This document shows, piece after piece, positions 24,371 through 34,479 of a stretch of 64,000 nucleotides of DNA; positions within the stretch are counted from its first letter, which is position 1; every line of letters starts with the position of its first letter. This stretch comes from Escherichia coli (GTDB lineage: Bacteria > Pseudomonadota > Gammaproteobacteria > Enterobacterales > Enterobacteriaceae), in assembly GCF_044324785.1 (NCBI RefSeq), contig NZ_CP172127.1. One strand, written 5' to 3'. Made by a program: the position numbers and the translations under genes. The notes beneath the pieces are model-generated. The model was not told the origin of the DNA and ran no database searches. It saw only the letters and a list, made by a program, of their open reading frames with translations.

Positions 24371-25393
24371 TCAGAAAGTAATTACACCCTTAATCAACTC
24401 ACGATTGTTAATCACATCGCGCTCGTAGGTTTCTGCCAGCGTGGCGAACGGATAGCGATGGGTTAACATCATGTCAGCAGTGATTTTTCCTTCCGCCATC
24501 AGTCGACCGACTTTAGCAAAATCTTCCGGCGTGGCGTTGCGGCTGCCCATCATCGTCGTTTCTTTTTTATGGAATTCCGGATCGGAGAACTGCAACTCAC
24601 CTTTAAACAGGCCGACAAATACCACCGTGCCGCCGTGACGAATCAGATTCACGGTGTTATTCATCGCATGTTGATTACCTGTCGCGTCGATCACTTTCTG
24701 CGCCAGCGAACCACCAAACTGCGCCCGCAGCTGCGCGTCAAAATCTTCGGCTGACGGGTCCAGCACGGGCAACTCCAGACGCGTTGCCACATGTTCACGG
24801 CGCGCCGGACTGGTATCCGCCACCACTACCTGTGCGCCATCGGCTTTAGCGATTGCCGCCGCGCCCAGACCGATTGGCCCCGCCCCGACCACCAGCACCT
24901 GCTCGCCGGGAGCAATGGCTGCGCGACGCACCGCATGAGCGCTAATCGCGAAAGGTTCAATCAATGCTGCCGCCTGCGGGTCAATACCGTCTGCGGGCAA
25001 AATGTTCGCCACCGGCACGCTCAAATACTCACTAAAACCGCCATCCTGATGCACGCCAATGACTGAAATTTTTTCACAGCAATTGGTACGCCCGCTTTTA
25101 CACGCCGGGCATTGCTGACAAGAAATATACGGAATTACCGCAACTTGCTGTCCGATATTAAAATTGTGAATGTTTTTTCCTGATTCAATAATCTCCCCAC
25201 ATATTTCATGGCCTAAAACGCGTGGATAACTAAAAAATGGTTGATTGCCCGCCCAGGCATGAATATCTGTACCGCAAATCCCGACGGTTTTAATTTTAAT
25301 TAATGCTTCGTTATCGCCTGGCACCGGTCTTTCCCGGACTGTCCATACTAAATTCTTTATTTCCTGACAAATTAATACTTTCATTGTGGACAT
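24371..25393 (-). CDS. lgoD: Zn-dependent L-galactonate 5-dehydrogenase LgoD/YjjN (340 aa)
   Basis: MDR-family ORF MSTMKVLICQEIKNLVWTVRERPVPGDNEALIKIKTVGICGTDIHAW... Confidence 0.85.
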   Translation of the reverse strand: MSTMKVLICQEIKNLVWTVRERPVPGDNEALIKIKTVGICGTDIHAWAGNQPFFSYPRVLGHEICGEIIESGKNIHNFNIGQQVAVIPYISCQQCPACKSGRTNCCEKISVIGVHQDGGFSEYLSVPVANILPADGIDPQAAALIEPFAISAHAVRRAAIAPGEQVLVVGAGPIGLGAAAIAKADGAQVVVADTSPARREHVATRLELPVLDPSAEDFDAQLRAQFGGSLAQKVIDATGNQHAMNNTVNLIRHGGTVVFVGLFKGELQFSDPEFHKKETTMMGSRNATPEDFAKVGRLMAEGKITADMMLTHRYPFATLAETYERDVINNRELIKGVITF

Positions 25394-25531
25394 GATTCAC
25401 CGCTCCTTTTATTTTATGACTTTCAGATATCGTCGAATTTATAAGAGCGCCTGAATTTACCCATAAAATATGCGGATGATCACGCATAAAAATGTTTTAA
25501 ATCGGTTTTTAATGCCGGACTGGAGGGAAGA

Positions 25532-26437
25532 ATGAGTCGTTCGCAGAATTTACGTCATAACGTCATAAATCAGGTGATTGAAGATATGGCGAGGGGCAAT
25601 ATTCCTTCTCCGCTGCCTTCACAAAGTGGGCTGGCAGAAATGTATAACATCAGTCGCACTACGGTACGCCACATACTCCAGCATTTAAGCGCATGTGGCG
25701 TGCTCACCCTGGTGGGGAAAAATTATGTTATCGCCCGCAAACCCGAACAGAACGATGGATTTGATTGCATCACGGCCTCGCTGAAAGAGCAAAACCGTCT
25801 TTTCGAGCAGGCATTTTTCACCATGATTAACCTGCGCCAGTTACGCGCGGGAGAAAGCTTTTCCGAACTTCAGCTGGCGCGAGCGGCAGGCGTCAGTCCG
25901 GTAGTAGTACGAGAATATCTTTTGAAATTCGGTCGTTATAATCTTATTCAAAGCGAAAAGCGCGGCCAGTGGAGCATGAAGCAGTTCGATCAATCCTACG
26001 CCGAGCAACTGTTTGAGCTACGCGAAATGCTCGAAACACATTCCCTGCAACACTTTCTCAACCTTCCCGATGACGATCCCCGCTGGTTGCAGGCGAAAAC
26101 CATGCTCGAACGTCACAGGACATTGCGCGACAGCATTGGCAGCAACTTTCGGATGTTTTCTCAATTAGACCGTGATTTTCATGCCATGCTGTTATCCGCT
26201 GCTGACAACATCTTTTTTAATCAATCACTTGAAATTATCTCGGTGATCTTTCATTTTCACTATCAATGGGATGAAAGCGATCTCAAGCAGCGCAATATCA
26301 TTGCTGTTGATGAGCATATGACCATTCTCAGCGCCCTGATTTGCCGTAGCGATTTAGATGCAATAACGGCATTGCGAAACCATCTGGATACCGCCAAACA
26401 ATCAATGATTCGTTCCATCAGGCAACATCACCGATAA
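25532..26437 (+). CDS. lgoR: GntR-family transcriptional regulator LgoR/YjjM
   Basis: ORF with N-terminal GntR-type HTH (GLAEMYNISRTTVRHILQHLSACGVL). Confidence 0.8.
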   Translation: MSRSQNLRHNVINQVIEDMARGNIPSPLPSQSGLAEMYNISRTTVRHILQHLSACGVLTLVGKNYVIARKPEQNDGFDCITASLKEQNRLFEQAFFTMINLRQLRAGESFSELQLARAAGVSPVVVREYLLKFGRYNLIQSEKRGQWSMKQFDQSYAEQLFELREMLETHSLQHFLNLPDDDPRWLQAKTMLERHRTLRDSIGSNFRMFSQLDRDFHAMLLSAADNIFFNQSLEIISVIFHFHYQWDESDLKQRNIIAVDEHMTILSALICRSDLDAITALRNHLDTAKQSMIRSIRQHHR

Positions 26438-26607
26438 ATTAAGTACAGATTAAAAACATTGATTCTTGGTTTATATCACTATGTTGTATTAATGCAGTAT
26501 TAATCCAGGCGATTGTTCTGCCTATAAGGAAATACATAGGGAATAAACGATGCTGGAAGTATTACTCTCAGCCATCATTTAACTCCCTATTACTGGTAGC
26601 GATAAAA

Positions 26608-28281
26608 TTATCGGCTATCCATGATTAACGTTTCCAGCACATCTAATTCACTGACTATTTTTGCCAGTGTTTCATCACTGACTTCTTGCCGTGCACGCAT
26701 CTGGTAAATAGCCGCACGCCTGGCATTTAACGCTGCCAGATTAAATGTTCTTTCCAGCTTCGCGCGCTGCATATGTAAAGAATTATCATTTTCCGACATA
26801 TCATCTTCGCTACGCCGCATATAACCGATAACTCTGGCCCCTGTTTCCATAATCAACTCGTTGTCGAGGTTTTCTGTACTGGTGCGTAGCAAACGTTGCT
26901 CAGTCTTTTGCACACTGAGTATGGCCATTTTGGCCATAAACAGATCGGCAGCTTCCTCTTCTTTTTGCCGGTTATCGCTGAAAATGCCCACATTTTTCCC
27001 CAGTAGTAACGGCAGAATAATAATGCCGCAAACCAGCGAAAAGAGGATCACACCTGTGGCGAGAAATACCAGTAAGTAACGCCCGGGAAAAGATGTGCCA
27101 TCCGGCAGCAATAACGGGATAGAAAGCACCCCCGCAAGCGTGATGGCTCCGCGCACCCCCGCAAAGGTCGCCAGCAGCATATGACGCGTTTTATATCCAG
27201 CAAACAGCATCGGATGTTTGCCGGGTCGTTTACGGCTATACAGACGCATCAGCCAAAGCCAGCCCAAGCGCACAACCATTAACGCCAGGTAGATCCAAAT
27301 GACATCAAGGAGCAGCGATCCGGTGTCTACCAGTGGATCGTTTTCTGCACGGATCAGTGATTCCGTAATAATGCCCGGCAGTTGTAAGCCTAAAATCAGA
27401 AACACCATGCCGTTAAAGACATATTCAAGCATCGACCAGCTACTTTTAGCTTTAATTCTCAGGCGAATAGGCGCGTGGTGGACTACGCCAATGCGACTGG
27501 TTGTTAACCCCGCGGCGACAGCGGCAAGAATGCCAGATAAGCCAAAATGTTCCGCAACCAGATAAACAATAAACGGCAACAGAAGCATCAATACAATCTG
27601 AATGGAAGGTTCATCGTGAGCATATCGACTGATCAACAGCAGCCCTTTGCCATATAACCAGGTAACAGCGATCCCCACGGCAATACCGCCCAACGCAACG
27701 ACAAAAAACGCAATGGTTGCGCCATGAACGCTGAATTCCATCGTTCCCATCGTCACTGCAACAGCAAATTTCAACGCCACCAAGCCGGAAGCATCATTCA
27801 TCAACGCTTCGCCTTCGAGCACTTCCTGGATGTTTTTGCTGATACGCCCTTTCCCGACAATCCCCAGCAACGCCACGGCATCGGTAGGCGACAACACGGC
27901 GGCTAATGCGAAAGCAGCGATGAGCGGCACATTCGGTAAGAGTAAATGAATCACATAGCCGACACCAAAAATAGTGATTAGCACCAACACAAGCGCCAGG
28001 CTGACAATTTCCCGACTGTGCTTGATCAATTCTTTAGGTTGTATTTTTGAGCTTTCAGCAAACAACAAGGGGGGTATAAACAATAAGAGAAAAAGTTCAG
28101 GATTGAATTCCACATGCAGACCAAATATGGGCTGGGCCAGTATAGCGCCAGCGGCAATCTGGATTAAAGGAAGTGGTATCTGAACAGGAGACAGACGCGT
28201 AAGCACGCTGGTTAATGATACTACCAACGTAAGAATTAAAATTGTTAAAAGTATTTCCATATAATAAACAGGCTTCCTCAT
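26608..28281 (-). CDS. CPA1-family Na+/H+ (cation/proton) antiporter
   Basis: 557-aa polytopic ORF with Na_H_exchanger-like motifs (...AAVLSPTDAVALLGIV...EGEALMNDASGLVALKF...) and a soluble C-terminal domain; true start may be the internal MEILLT. Not expected at this position from K-12 synteny. Confidence 0.75.
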   Translation of the reverse strand: MRKPVYYMEILLTILILTLVVSLTSVLTRLSPVQIPLPLIQIAAGAILAQPIFGLHVEFNPELFLLLFIPPLLFAESSKIQPKELIKHSREIVSLALVLVLITIFGVGYVIHLLLPNVPLIAAFALAAVLSPTDAVALLGIVGKGRISKNIQEVLEGEALMNDASGLVALKFAVAVTMGTMEFSVHGATIAFFVVALGGIAVGIAVTWLYGKGLLLISRYAHDEPSIQIVLMLLLPFIVYLVAEHFGLSGILAAVAAGLTTSRIGVVHHAPIRLRIKAKSSWSMLEYVFNGMVFLILGLQLPGIITESLIRAENDPLVDTGSLLLDVIWIYLALMVVRLGWLWLMRLYSRKRPGKHPMLFAGYKTRHMLLATFAGVRGAITLAGVLSIPLLLPDGTSFPGRYLLVFLATGVILFSLVCGIIILPLLLGKNVGIFSDNRQKEEEAADLFMAKMAILSVQKTEQRLLRTSTENLDNELIMETGARVIGYMRRSEDDMSENDNSLHMQRAKLERTFNLAALNARRAAIYQMRARQEVSDETLAKIVSELDVLETLIMDSR

Positions 28282-28940
28282 TCATAAATAATGGATATTA
28301 TTAATTTAACTTCATAAAAAGCGCCCTGGTTAGCACTTAACGTTAATCATTAATCACAGCGTTCACTCACATGCTCAGGAGGAAACCAGTGAGATGAGTT
28401 TTCCCGTTGATAACAAATTCACCATGTGAATATTTACTACCTTTAACCGTTGTAACGAATCATCCGTTACTCTTTGATCTCCTTGCCGAACAAGTTGTTT
28501 AGTGAATGATGGCTTTCTTTTAACGTCAGCATGAATTATACGTTCAGCAAATGTATTAAATCAGCACTAAATAAATTTAATGGATACCACCATTCTGCGT
28601 CAACACTTAGTTTTTATCTGTAAAAATAGCCGCAGCCAAATTAATGCTTTTATTTTTAATAAATCATCAACCGAATAAGAGATCTTATCAGCGGTAACTA
28701 AACTCATCAGTGGGTGTTCCTTGTAACGTCATACATTACATAACTTTAAGATATACAATCAAAAAATGCATTAAAAACCGATTAAAAGCAGCAAAGTATT
28801 ACCCGGTGCACGAATTTATGACACATTTGCAGCCATTCCGCTATTCACTGACTACTTTTCAGTAATGACTGCTTTTTCATAAGGTTTCACTCCCGACAAC
28901 AATGTTGGAGTTTTATTTCCTTAGCATGGAGTAAGTAAAG

Positions 28941-29912
28941 ATGAGCAAAATAATAGCGATGCTAATTACTGTCAGTACCCTTTTTTTACCGTCAATAATC
29001 CAGGCAAAACCTATTTCGATAAAAGTTGCCTATGAAAATAACCCTGGAGAACCCCTGGATGTGGTCATGCGTTACTGGGCAGACCTATTAAATAAAAAAA
29101 GTAATGGCGAAATAACACTTGCGCTCTATCCAAGTTCCCAATTGGGCTCAAAACAGGATGTCACCGAGCAAGCCATGATGGGCATGAATGTCATAACCTT
29201 GAGTGATGTGGCCTTTCTTGCCGATTATGAACCCGATTTGGGTATTTTGTTTGGACCGTATCTGACTGACGATCCGCAAAAACTGTTCAAAATATATGAA
29301 AGCGACTGGTTTAAACAAAAAAATGAAAGTCTGAAGAAAAAGGGAATTCATGTGGTAATGAATAATTATCTCTATGGCACTCGACAGATTATTTCGAAAA
29401 AACCCATTCGCACTGTTGACGATCTCGCAGGCTTAAAAATTCGTGTTCCTAATAACGTCATGCAAATAAAAGCCATTCAGGCGATGGGGGCAACACCAAC
29501 TCCCATGCCATTAGGCGAAGTTTATCCCGCATTAACCCAGGGCGTTATTGACGGCGTAGAAAACCCAATTTCAGTGCTGCAAGGGCAAAAACTGTATGAG
29601 CAGGCAAGATATCTGACAATGGTTAACTACCTGACAAATACCTCAGTATGGATAGGTGGTGAAGCCTTCTTTAGCACCCTTTCACCAGAACAACTGGAGA
29701 TGATCCACCAGACCGGCTATGAAGCGGGTGTCTATAGCCAGAAACTCACTCTTGAACGTGATGCCGAAATGTTGAAAACCATGCAGGCAGCGGGCGTCGA
29801 AGTGATCTATCCCGATACTGGACCATTCCAGAAGAAAGCACGCGAAGTTTACTCTCAATTCCCGGAATGGACACCAGGTCTGTACGAAACCATTCAACAG
29901 CAACTGCAATAA
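28941..29912 (+). CDS. TRAP transporter solute-binding protein (DctP family)
   Basis: 323-aa ORF with signal peptide and DctP-like organisation; followed by small and large TRAP permease genes. Confidence 0.8.
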   Translation: MSKIIAMLITVSTLFLPSIIQAKPISIKVAYENNPGEPLDVVMRYWADLLNKKSNGEITLALYPSSQLGSKQDVTEQAMMGMNVITLSDVAFLADYEPDLGILFGPYLTDDPQKLFKIYESDWFKQKNESLKKKGIHVVMNNYLYGTRQIISKKPIRTVDDLAGLKIRVPNNVMQIKAIQAMGATPTPMPLGEVYPALTQGVIDGVENPISVLQGQKLYEQARYLTMVNYLTNTSVWIGGEAFFSTLSPEQLEMIHQTGYEAGVYSQKLTLERDAEMLKTMQAAGVEVIYPDTGPFQKKAREVYSQFPEWTPGLYETIQQQLQ

Positions 29913-29975
29913 GCATTAATGCTCAGCGTCCTGCCTCATCTCTCTTAGGCAGGACACGCACTAACAGGAGGTTTC

Positions 29976-30449
29976 ATGCGTCTTTTTGGCAAAGTGGCAG
30001 AATTTAGTGCTGCCTTTGCGCTATTCGTTCTGGTTGTGATGACAATTGGAGCGGTATTTATGCGTTATTTCATCGGCCAACCGCTTCAATGGACAGAAGA
30101 AATGTCGGGAATGCTGATGATTTGGGTGGTGATGTTAGGTGGAGTAGTGGCGGAACGTGACAGGGCGCACCTGACCATTCCCTTCCTGATGGAGATGCTT
30201 CCAGGCAAGCTCAGGCGTGTTATTGCAGTACTGGTCGCCGTTCTCTCCATCGCACTGCTGCTGTATATGGCCTGGCTGGGCTACCGACTAGCCGAAATGG
30301 CGCAGTTTAAAGTGACACAAATTCTGAAGGTTTCCTGGTTCTGGATCGATCTGGCGGTCCCTGTCGGTGCACTGGCAACGGCTATTTATACCCTCTACTG
30401 GTTAATACACGATATAAAACAATCCGATAGCGGAGACAAAATGCAATGA
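29976..30449 (+). CDS. TRAP transporter small permease (DctQ family)
   Basis: 157-aa four-TM ORF; stop overlaps the start of the large permease. Confidence 0.8.
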   Translation: MRLFGKVAEFSAAFALFVLVVMTIGAVFMRYFIGQPLQWTEEMSGMLMIWVVMLGGVVAERDRAHLTIPFLMEMLPGKLRRVIAVLVAVLSIALLLYMAWLGYRLAEMAQFKVTQILKVSWFWIDLAVPVGALATAIYTLYWLIHDIKQSDSGDKMQ

Positions 30450-31717
30450 GTTGGTTATTGATTATTCCGCTAATGATCGTCTGTTTGTTTCTCAACATTC
30501 GGGTCTATCTGGCGATGTTTATTGGCATCATCGCTTACTTTTTATTCTTCTCCAGCGTACCGATTGAAATTGCCGTGCAAAGACTGATCGCGCCAACGCA
30601 AAGCCCATCATTGCTGGCAATTCCGTTTTTTATCTTGCTCGGCACACTAATGAGCTACACCGGCATTGCCGAACGCATCCTGCACATTGCCAATGTTCTG
30701 GTGGGGAAAATGCGCGGCGGACTGGGCGTGGCAAACATTCTCGTCAGCACCATGATGGGCGGCGTCAGCGCCTCTAACCTTGCTGACGCGGCGATGCTGT
30801 CGCGCATGATGGTGCCGGAGATGGAGCGTAAAGGCTACAATCGCGCGTTTGCCGCCGCCATTACCGCTGGTGGCTCGTTAGTCACCCCGATCATACCGCC
30901 GGGAATAGCCCTGATTATTTACGGTCTGGTTGCCGACGTCTCTATCGGAAAAATGTTTATCGCCGGACTGGTACCTGGTTTGCTATGCGCAGTCGTATTG
31001 ATGTTTACCGTCTACCTGGTCGCCCGCAAAACTAACGCCAAACCCTCGCGTGAAAGCTGGCCTACGGGCAAAGAGGTGGTGTTCTCGCTGGGACAGGCCT
31101 GGCCTGCGCTGTTCCTCATTTTTGCTGTGGTGGGTGGTATTCGCGCTAACATTTTCACCCCAACAGAAGCAGGCGCAGCAGCGGTGTTAATCGTGCTGGC
31201 GATTGGCTTTTTTATCTATCGTGAAATGCGGATTTCTCATGTCGTCAAAGCATTGGGCGAAACGGCACGCGCTACCGCATCGGTGATGCTGGTAATCATG
31301 GCCAGCGCCGCGTTGGGATGGATTTTCTCAATGGAACATGCTGGTGTCGCAGTGGCGAATTTTGTGACTTCGCTGACCGAAAATAAATATATGTTCCTGT
31401 TGATTATCAACATATTGCTGCTGACGCTGGGGATGTTTCTTGAAGGAAACGCCATTTTGCTGATCCTGGTACCACTATTAAAACCGGTGGTCGAACACTT
31501 TGGCATCGATCCGGTGCATTTTGGCATCATCATGATCTTCAACCTGTCGATTGGCGCATTCACGCCACCGGTAGGTACCGTGATGCTGCTGGTATGTAAC
31601 ATCACGCAAGTTTCGGTGGGAAATTTCTTTAAACAATCCCTACCCCTACTGGCGGCTCTCCTGTTAATGCTAATGCTGGTGACATATATCCCGGCGATTT
31701 CACTGTTCCTGGTTTAA
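30446..31717 (+). CDS. TRAP transporter large permease (DctM family)
   Basis: 423-aa polytopic ORF typical of DctM; ATGA overlap with the DctQ gene. Confidence 0.8.
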   Translation: MSWLLIIPLMIVCLFLNIRVYLAMFIGIIAYFLFFSSVPIEIAVQRLIAPTQSPSLLAIPFFILLGTLMSYTGIAERILHIANVLVGKMRGGLGVANILVSTMMGGVSASNLADAAMLSRMMVPEMERKGYNRAFAAAITAGGSLVTPIIPPGIALIIYGLVADVSIGKMFIAGLVPGLLCAVVLMFTVYLVARKTNAKPSRESWPTGKEVVFSLGQAWPALFLIFAVVGGIRANIFTPTEAGAAAVLIVLAIGFFIYREMRISHVVKALGETARATASVMLVIMASAALGWIFSMEHAGVAVANFVTSLTENKYMFLLIINILLLTLGMFLEGNAILLILVPLLKPVVEHFGIDPVHFGIIMIFNLSIGAFTPPVGTVMLLVCNITQVSVGNFFKQSLPLLAALLLMLMLVTYIPAISLFLV

Positions 31718-31725
31718 TAATAAAA

Positions 31726-31752
31726 ACGCCGGATGAAATACTCATCCGGCGT
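31726..31752 (-). terminator. Terminator shared by tsr and the convergent TRAP operon
   Basis: 11-bp stem acgccggatga / tcatccggcgt with 5-nt loop between the convergent stop codons; U-rich flank on the minus (tsr) strand. Confidence 0.65.
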
Positions 31753-31759
31753 CATTGCG

Positions 31760-33415
31760 TTAAAACGTTTCCCAGTTCTCCTCGCTATCTGCCACAGCCA
31801 TTTTACGCGGCGTAGCTGGCGTCACGGTTTTTACCACAGCCGATGTTTCACGCTGATGTTGCTGAATCCGGAACACTGCCACAGCTTCGGTCAGGCGACT
31901 GGCCTGCTCTTCCAGCGCGGCGGCGGCGGCGGCAGATTCTTCCACCAGCGCGGCGTTCTGTTGAGTTACCCGGTCCATCTCAGCAACCGCTAAGCCAACC
32001 TGATCGATACCACGGCTCTGCTCATCAGAAGCAGAAGCAATTTCGCCCATAATGTCCGTCACGCGGGTCACTGCGCTGACAATCTCCGCCATTGTTTCCC
32101 CGGCGCTTTCGACCAGCGTAGAGCCAACATCCACTTTCCCCACCGAGTCTTCAATCAGGCTTTTAATTTCACGAGCCGCCTGGGCGCTGCGCTGGGCCAG
32201 ATTACGCACTTCTCCCGCGACCACCGCAAAACCGCGCCCTTGCTCACCCGCACGCGCAGCCTCAACCGCGGCGTTCAAAGCCAGAATATTGGTCTGGAAG
32301 GCAATGCCGTCAATTACGCTGATAATATCGGCGATTTTCTGCGAGCTGGTGGAGATATCGCGCATAGTCTGCACCACGTTATCTACCACTTTGCCGCCAC
32401 GTTGCGCCGTTTCAGAAGCACTTAACGCCAGGTGGCTGGCCTGGCGCGCATTCTCGGCGTTCTGTTTCACCGTTGCGGTCAGTTGCTCCATGCTGGCTGC
32501 CGTCTCTTCCAGCGAAGCGGCCTGTTGCTCGGTGCGCGAAGAGAGATCGTTATTGCCGGTGGCGATTTCGCTGGCACCGCTATAGATGGCATTGGCCCCG
32601 TTGCGCACATCACCGACGGTACGCATTAGCTCTCCCTGCATATGGCGCAAACTCTCTGCCAGTTGCCCCATCTCATTAGAGCCATCCACCTCAATCGGTT
32701 TCACCAGATCGCCGCCTGCAATATGACGAATGCTGTCAATCAGGCGATTCATTGGCGCTACCAACGAGGCTTTAATACCGAACCAGACGGCGAAGATGAC
32801 CGCCAGTACGACGATCATCACGCCCACCAGGATCCACATCGCCTGGCTGTAGGAGGCATTATTATCGCTGACGGCGATATCATAGAGCCGATCGTTTTGC
32901 TCCATGTAAGCCACATACTGCTTCTCGAAACCGTCCTGATATCCCTGGGTCGGCTGATCAAAGAACTCGTTGATTTTGCCTGCACCTAACAGTTGGATCA
33001 GCTCCGCCAGCGCATTGTGATAAATATCGTAATTACGTTTGATCTCTGCCGCTGCGGCGGTGCTCTGACGCGGGTCACGCGGCAACGCTTCGTAATCCGC
33101 CCAGTTTTTTTCCGCCTGTTTCAGCGAAATACTGGCACTCTGCATCAGCTCAGCAACGGTTGAACCGCTACCAATATTATTCTGATCCATCATGTAGCGG
33201 ATACCCGCGCGGTTGAGGGTGTTACGCGTCTGCAACAACGCGACCCAGCTGCCATTCAGCGTGGATTGCTGCTGGCGAATGGTTTGTAAAACAGTGAAAT
33301 TTTCTTTGTCATTCTTTAAGGCATTAAAGAACAGACCGCCTGATGTCAGTTGTAAAAGGCCAAAAACGGCCAAAACCAGCAGTAAGCTGGTCACAATTTT
33401 GATACGTTTTAACAT
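31760..33415 (-). CDS. tsr: Methyl-accepting chemotaxis protein I (serine chemoreceptor Tsr, 551 aa)
   Basis: [43 protein letters not shown]... with highly conserved MCP signalling domain and C-terminal NWETF pentapeptide. Confidence 0.95.
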   Translation of the reverse strand: MLKRIKIVTSLLLVLAVFGLLQLTSGGLFFNALKNDKENFTVLQTIRQQQSTLNGSWVALLQTRNTLNRAGIRYMMDQNNIGSGSTVAELMQSASISLKQAEKNWADYEALPRDPRQSTAAAAEIKRNYDIYHNALAELIQLLGAGKINEFFDQPTQGYQDGFEKQYVAYMEQNDRLYDIAVSDNNASYSQAMWILVGVMIVVLAVIFAVWFGIKASLVAPMNRLIDSIRHIAGGDLVKPIEVDGSNEMGQLAESLRHMQGELMRTVGDVRNGANAIYSGASEIATGNNDLSSRTEQQAASLEETAASMEQLTATVKQNAENARQASHLALSASETAQRGGKVVDNVVQTMRDISTSSQKIADIISVIDGIAFQTNILALNAAVEAARAGEQGRGFAVVAGEVRNLAQRSAQAAREIKSLIEDSVGKVDVGSTLVESAGETMAEIVSAVTRVTDIMGEIASASDEQSRGIDQVGLAVAEMDRVTQQNAALVEESAAAAAALEEQASRLTEAVAVFRIQQHQRETSAVVKTVTPATPRKMAVADSEENWETF

Positions 33416-33644
33416 GGTTTCTCTTTCCTGTGGACCGATGCAAGATTTTCGGCCTGGAAAGGAAAAACTTTATAGTCAACGTCATTATCACCGTCGAACA
33501 TAATTCGTTTTGTTTCATTTTTGTACAAAGCTAAGAGCGTCATGAATAAAAAAATTAATCTTGTTTATTTATTTCACGCTATTTATCGCAATTTTGCACA
33601 ATGATGCATCGTATGATGCGCGTTTTAAAGAAAGGATATCTGAT

Positions 33645-34187
33645 ATGTTAAACCGTGATTTTGATCATCTATCAACCCTGCTCCATCTTTTTTTTGAGCG
33701 TGACGATATTTGCCAAAAGCTTAATATTATTGATCAAAACGAGATCACCGGCTGGGAAGTTTGGTTCCAGGTGGAGTTTGCTAATATGCTTTGCTCAACA
33801 GACCATGAATGGTGGCGTGAACAAACACTATCCTGTGATATGCGCAAAAAGCCCGAGCGCCCCACCCTACGTACAGATTTTTTATTACGCAAAAAAGGCT
33901 GGGCACAAGATAGCTATATTGCGCTTGAAATTAAACAGAACAGAGATGCGACAAGTTGTGTTAAAAATATGATCGCAGACTTAGAGAAAAGCGCCAAAAT
34001 TAAACGTTCTGAGCTTGATTTGCGTAGTTTCTGGACTTTAGGTATTACTCCGATGATCGACAGAGAAAGACTGAACTCTCTCATCGACAGTTATTTAGAT
34101 GAGAAATTCTATCTTACTAAATCTCGTAAAAAACACGTTTTACTTAAAGAAATAAAAAATACACCATATTGCTATATTGTTATTTAA
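33645..34187 (+). CDS. Hypothetical protein, possible PD-(D/E)XK nuclease fold (180 aa)
   Basis: ORF in an AT-rich islet; start chosen at ATG 33645 with AAAGGA Shine-Dalgarno 9 nt upstream (track ORF begins 33561). Contains E...D-x14-E-x-K pattern (WEVWFQVEF ... RTDFLLRKKGWAQDSYIALEIK). No recognised K-12 counterpart. Confidence 0.5.
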   Translation: MLNRDFDHLSTLLHLFFERDDICQKLNIIDQNEITGWEVWFQVEFANMLCSTDHEWWREQTLSCDMRKKPERPTLRTDFLLRKKGWAQDSYIALEIKQNRDATSCVKNMIADLEKSAKIKRSELDLRSFWTLGITPMIDRERLNSLIDSYLDEKFYLTKSRKKHVLLKEIKNTPYCYIVI

Positions 34188-34479
34188 CATTTACGGCATG
34201 AATATAATTTTTAGATGAGTAACACAACTGAGGGCTAAAACTCGCCTTGGTTGTGATCATCATCACATAAATAGCCTTCATAAACCTTGCTCAATACCGC
34301 TCAACCGCAAAACTGACCGCTTACATCCCTAAAATAACCACTCAGTTATTTACCTTACTTTACGCGCGCGTAACTCTGGCAACATCACTGCAGGATAGCG
34401 GTCAATTTACCTCCTCAAACGCAACGCAAACCTAGAACGGCTTCGGCCAACTATTAATCAATACATGCCAGGTTTTACT

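Noticed and set aside
26550-26582. A 10-codon mini-ORF (MLEVLLSAII) downstream of lgoR.
   Set aside because: Too short, with no clear regulatory context; probably chance.
33561-33972. The longer 208-aa start at 33561 for the tsr-btsT islet ORF and the alternative-frame ORF 33655..33972.
   Set aside because: The ATG at 33645 has an AAAGGA Shine-Dalgarno at ideal spacing while 33561 does not; the 33655 ORF is in another frame, hydrophobic low-complexity and overlaps the better-supported frame.
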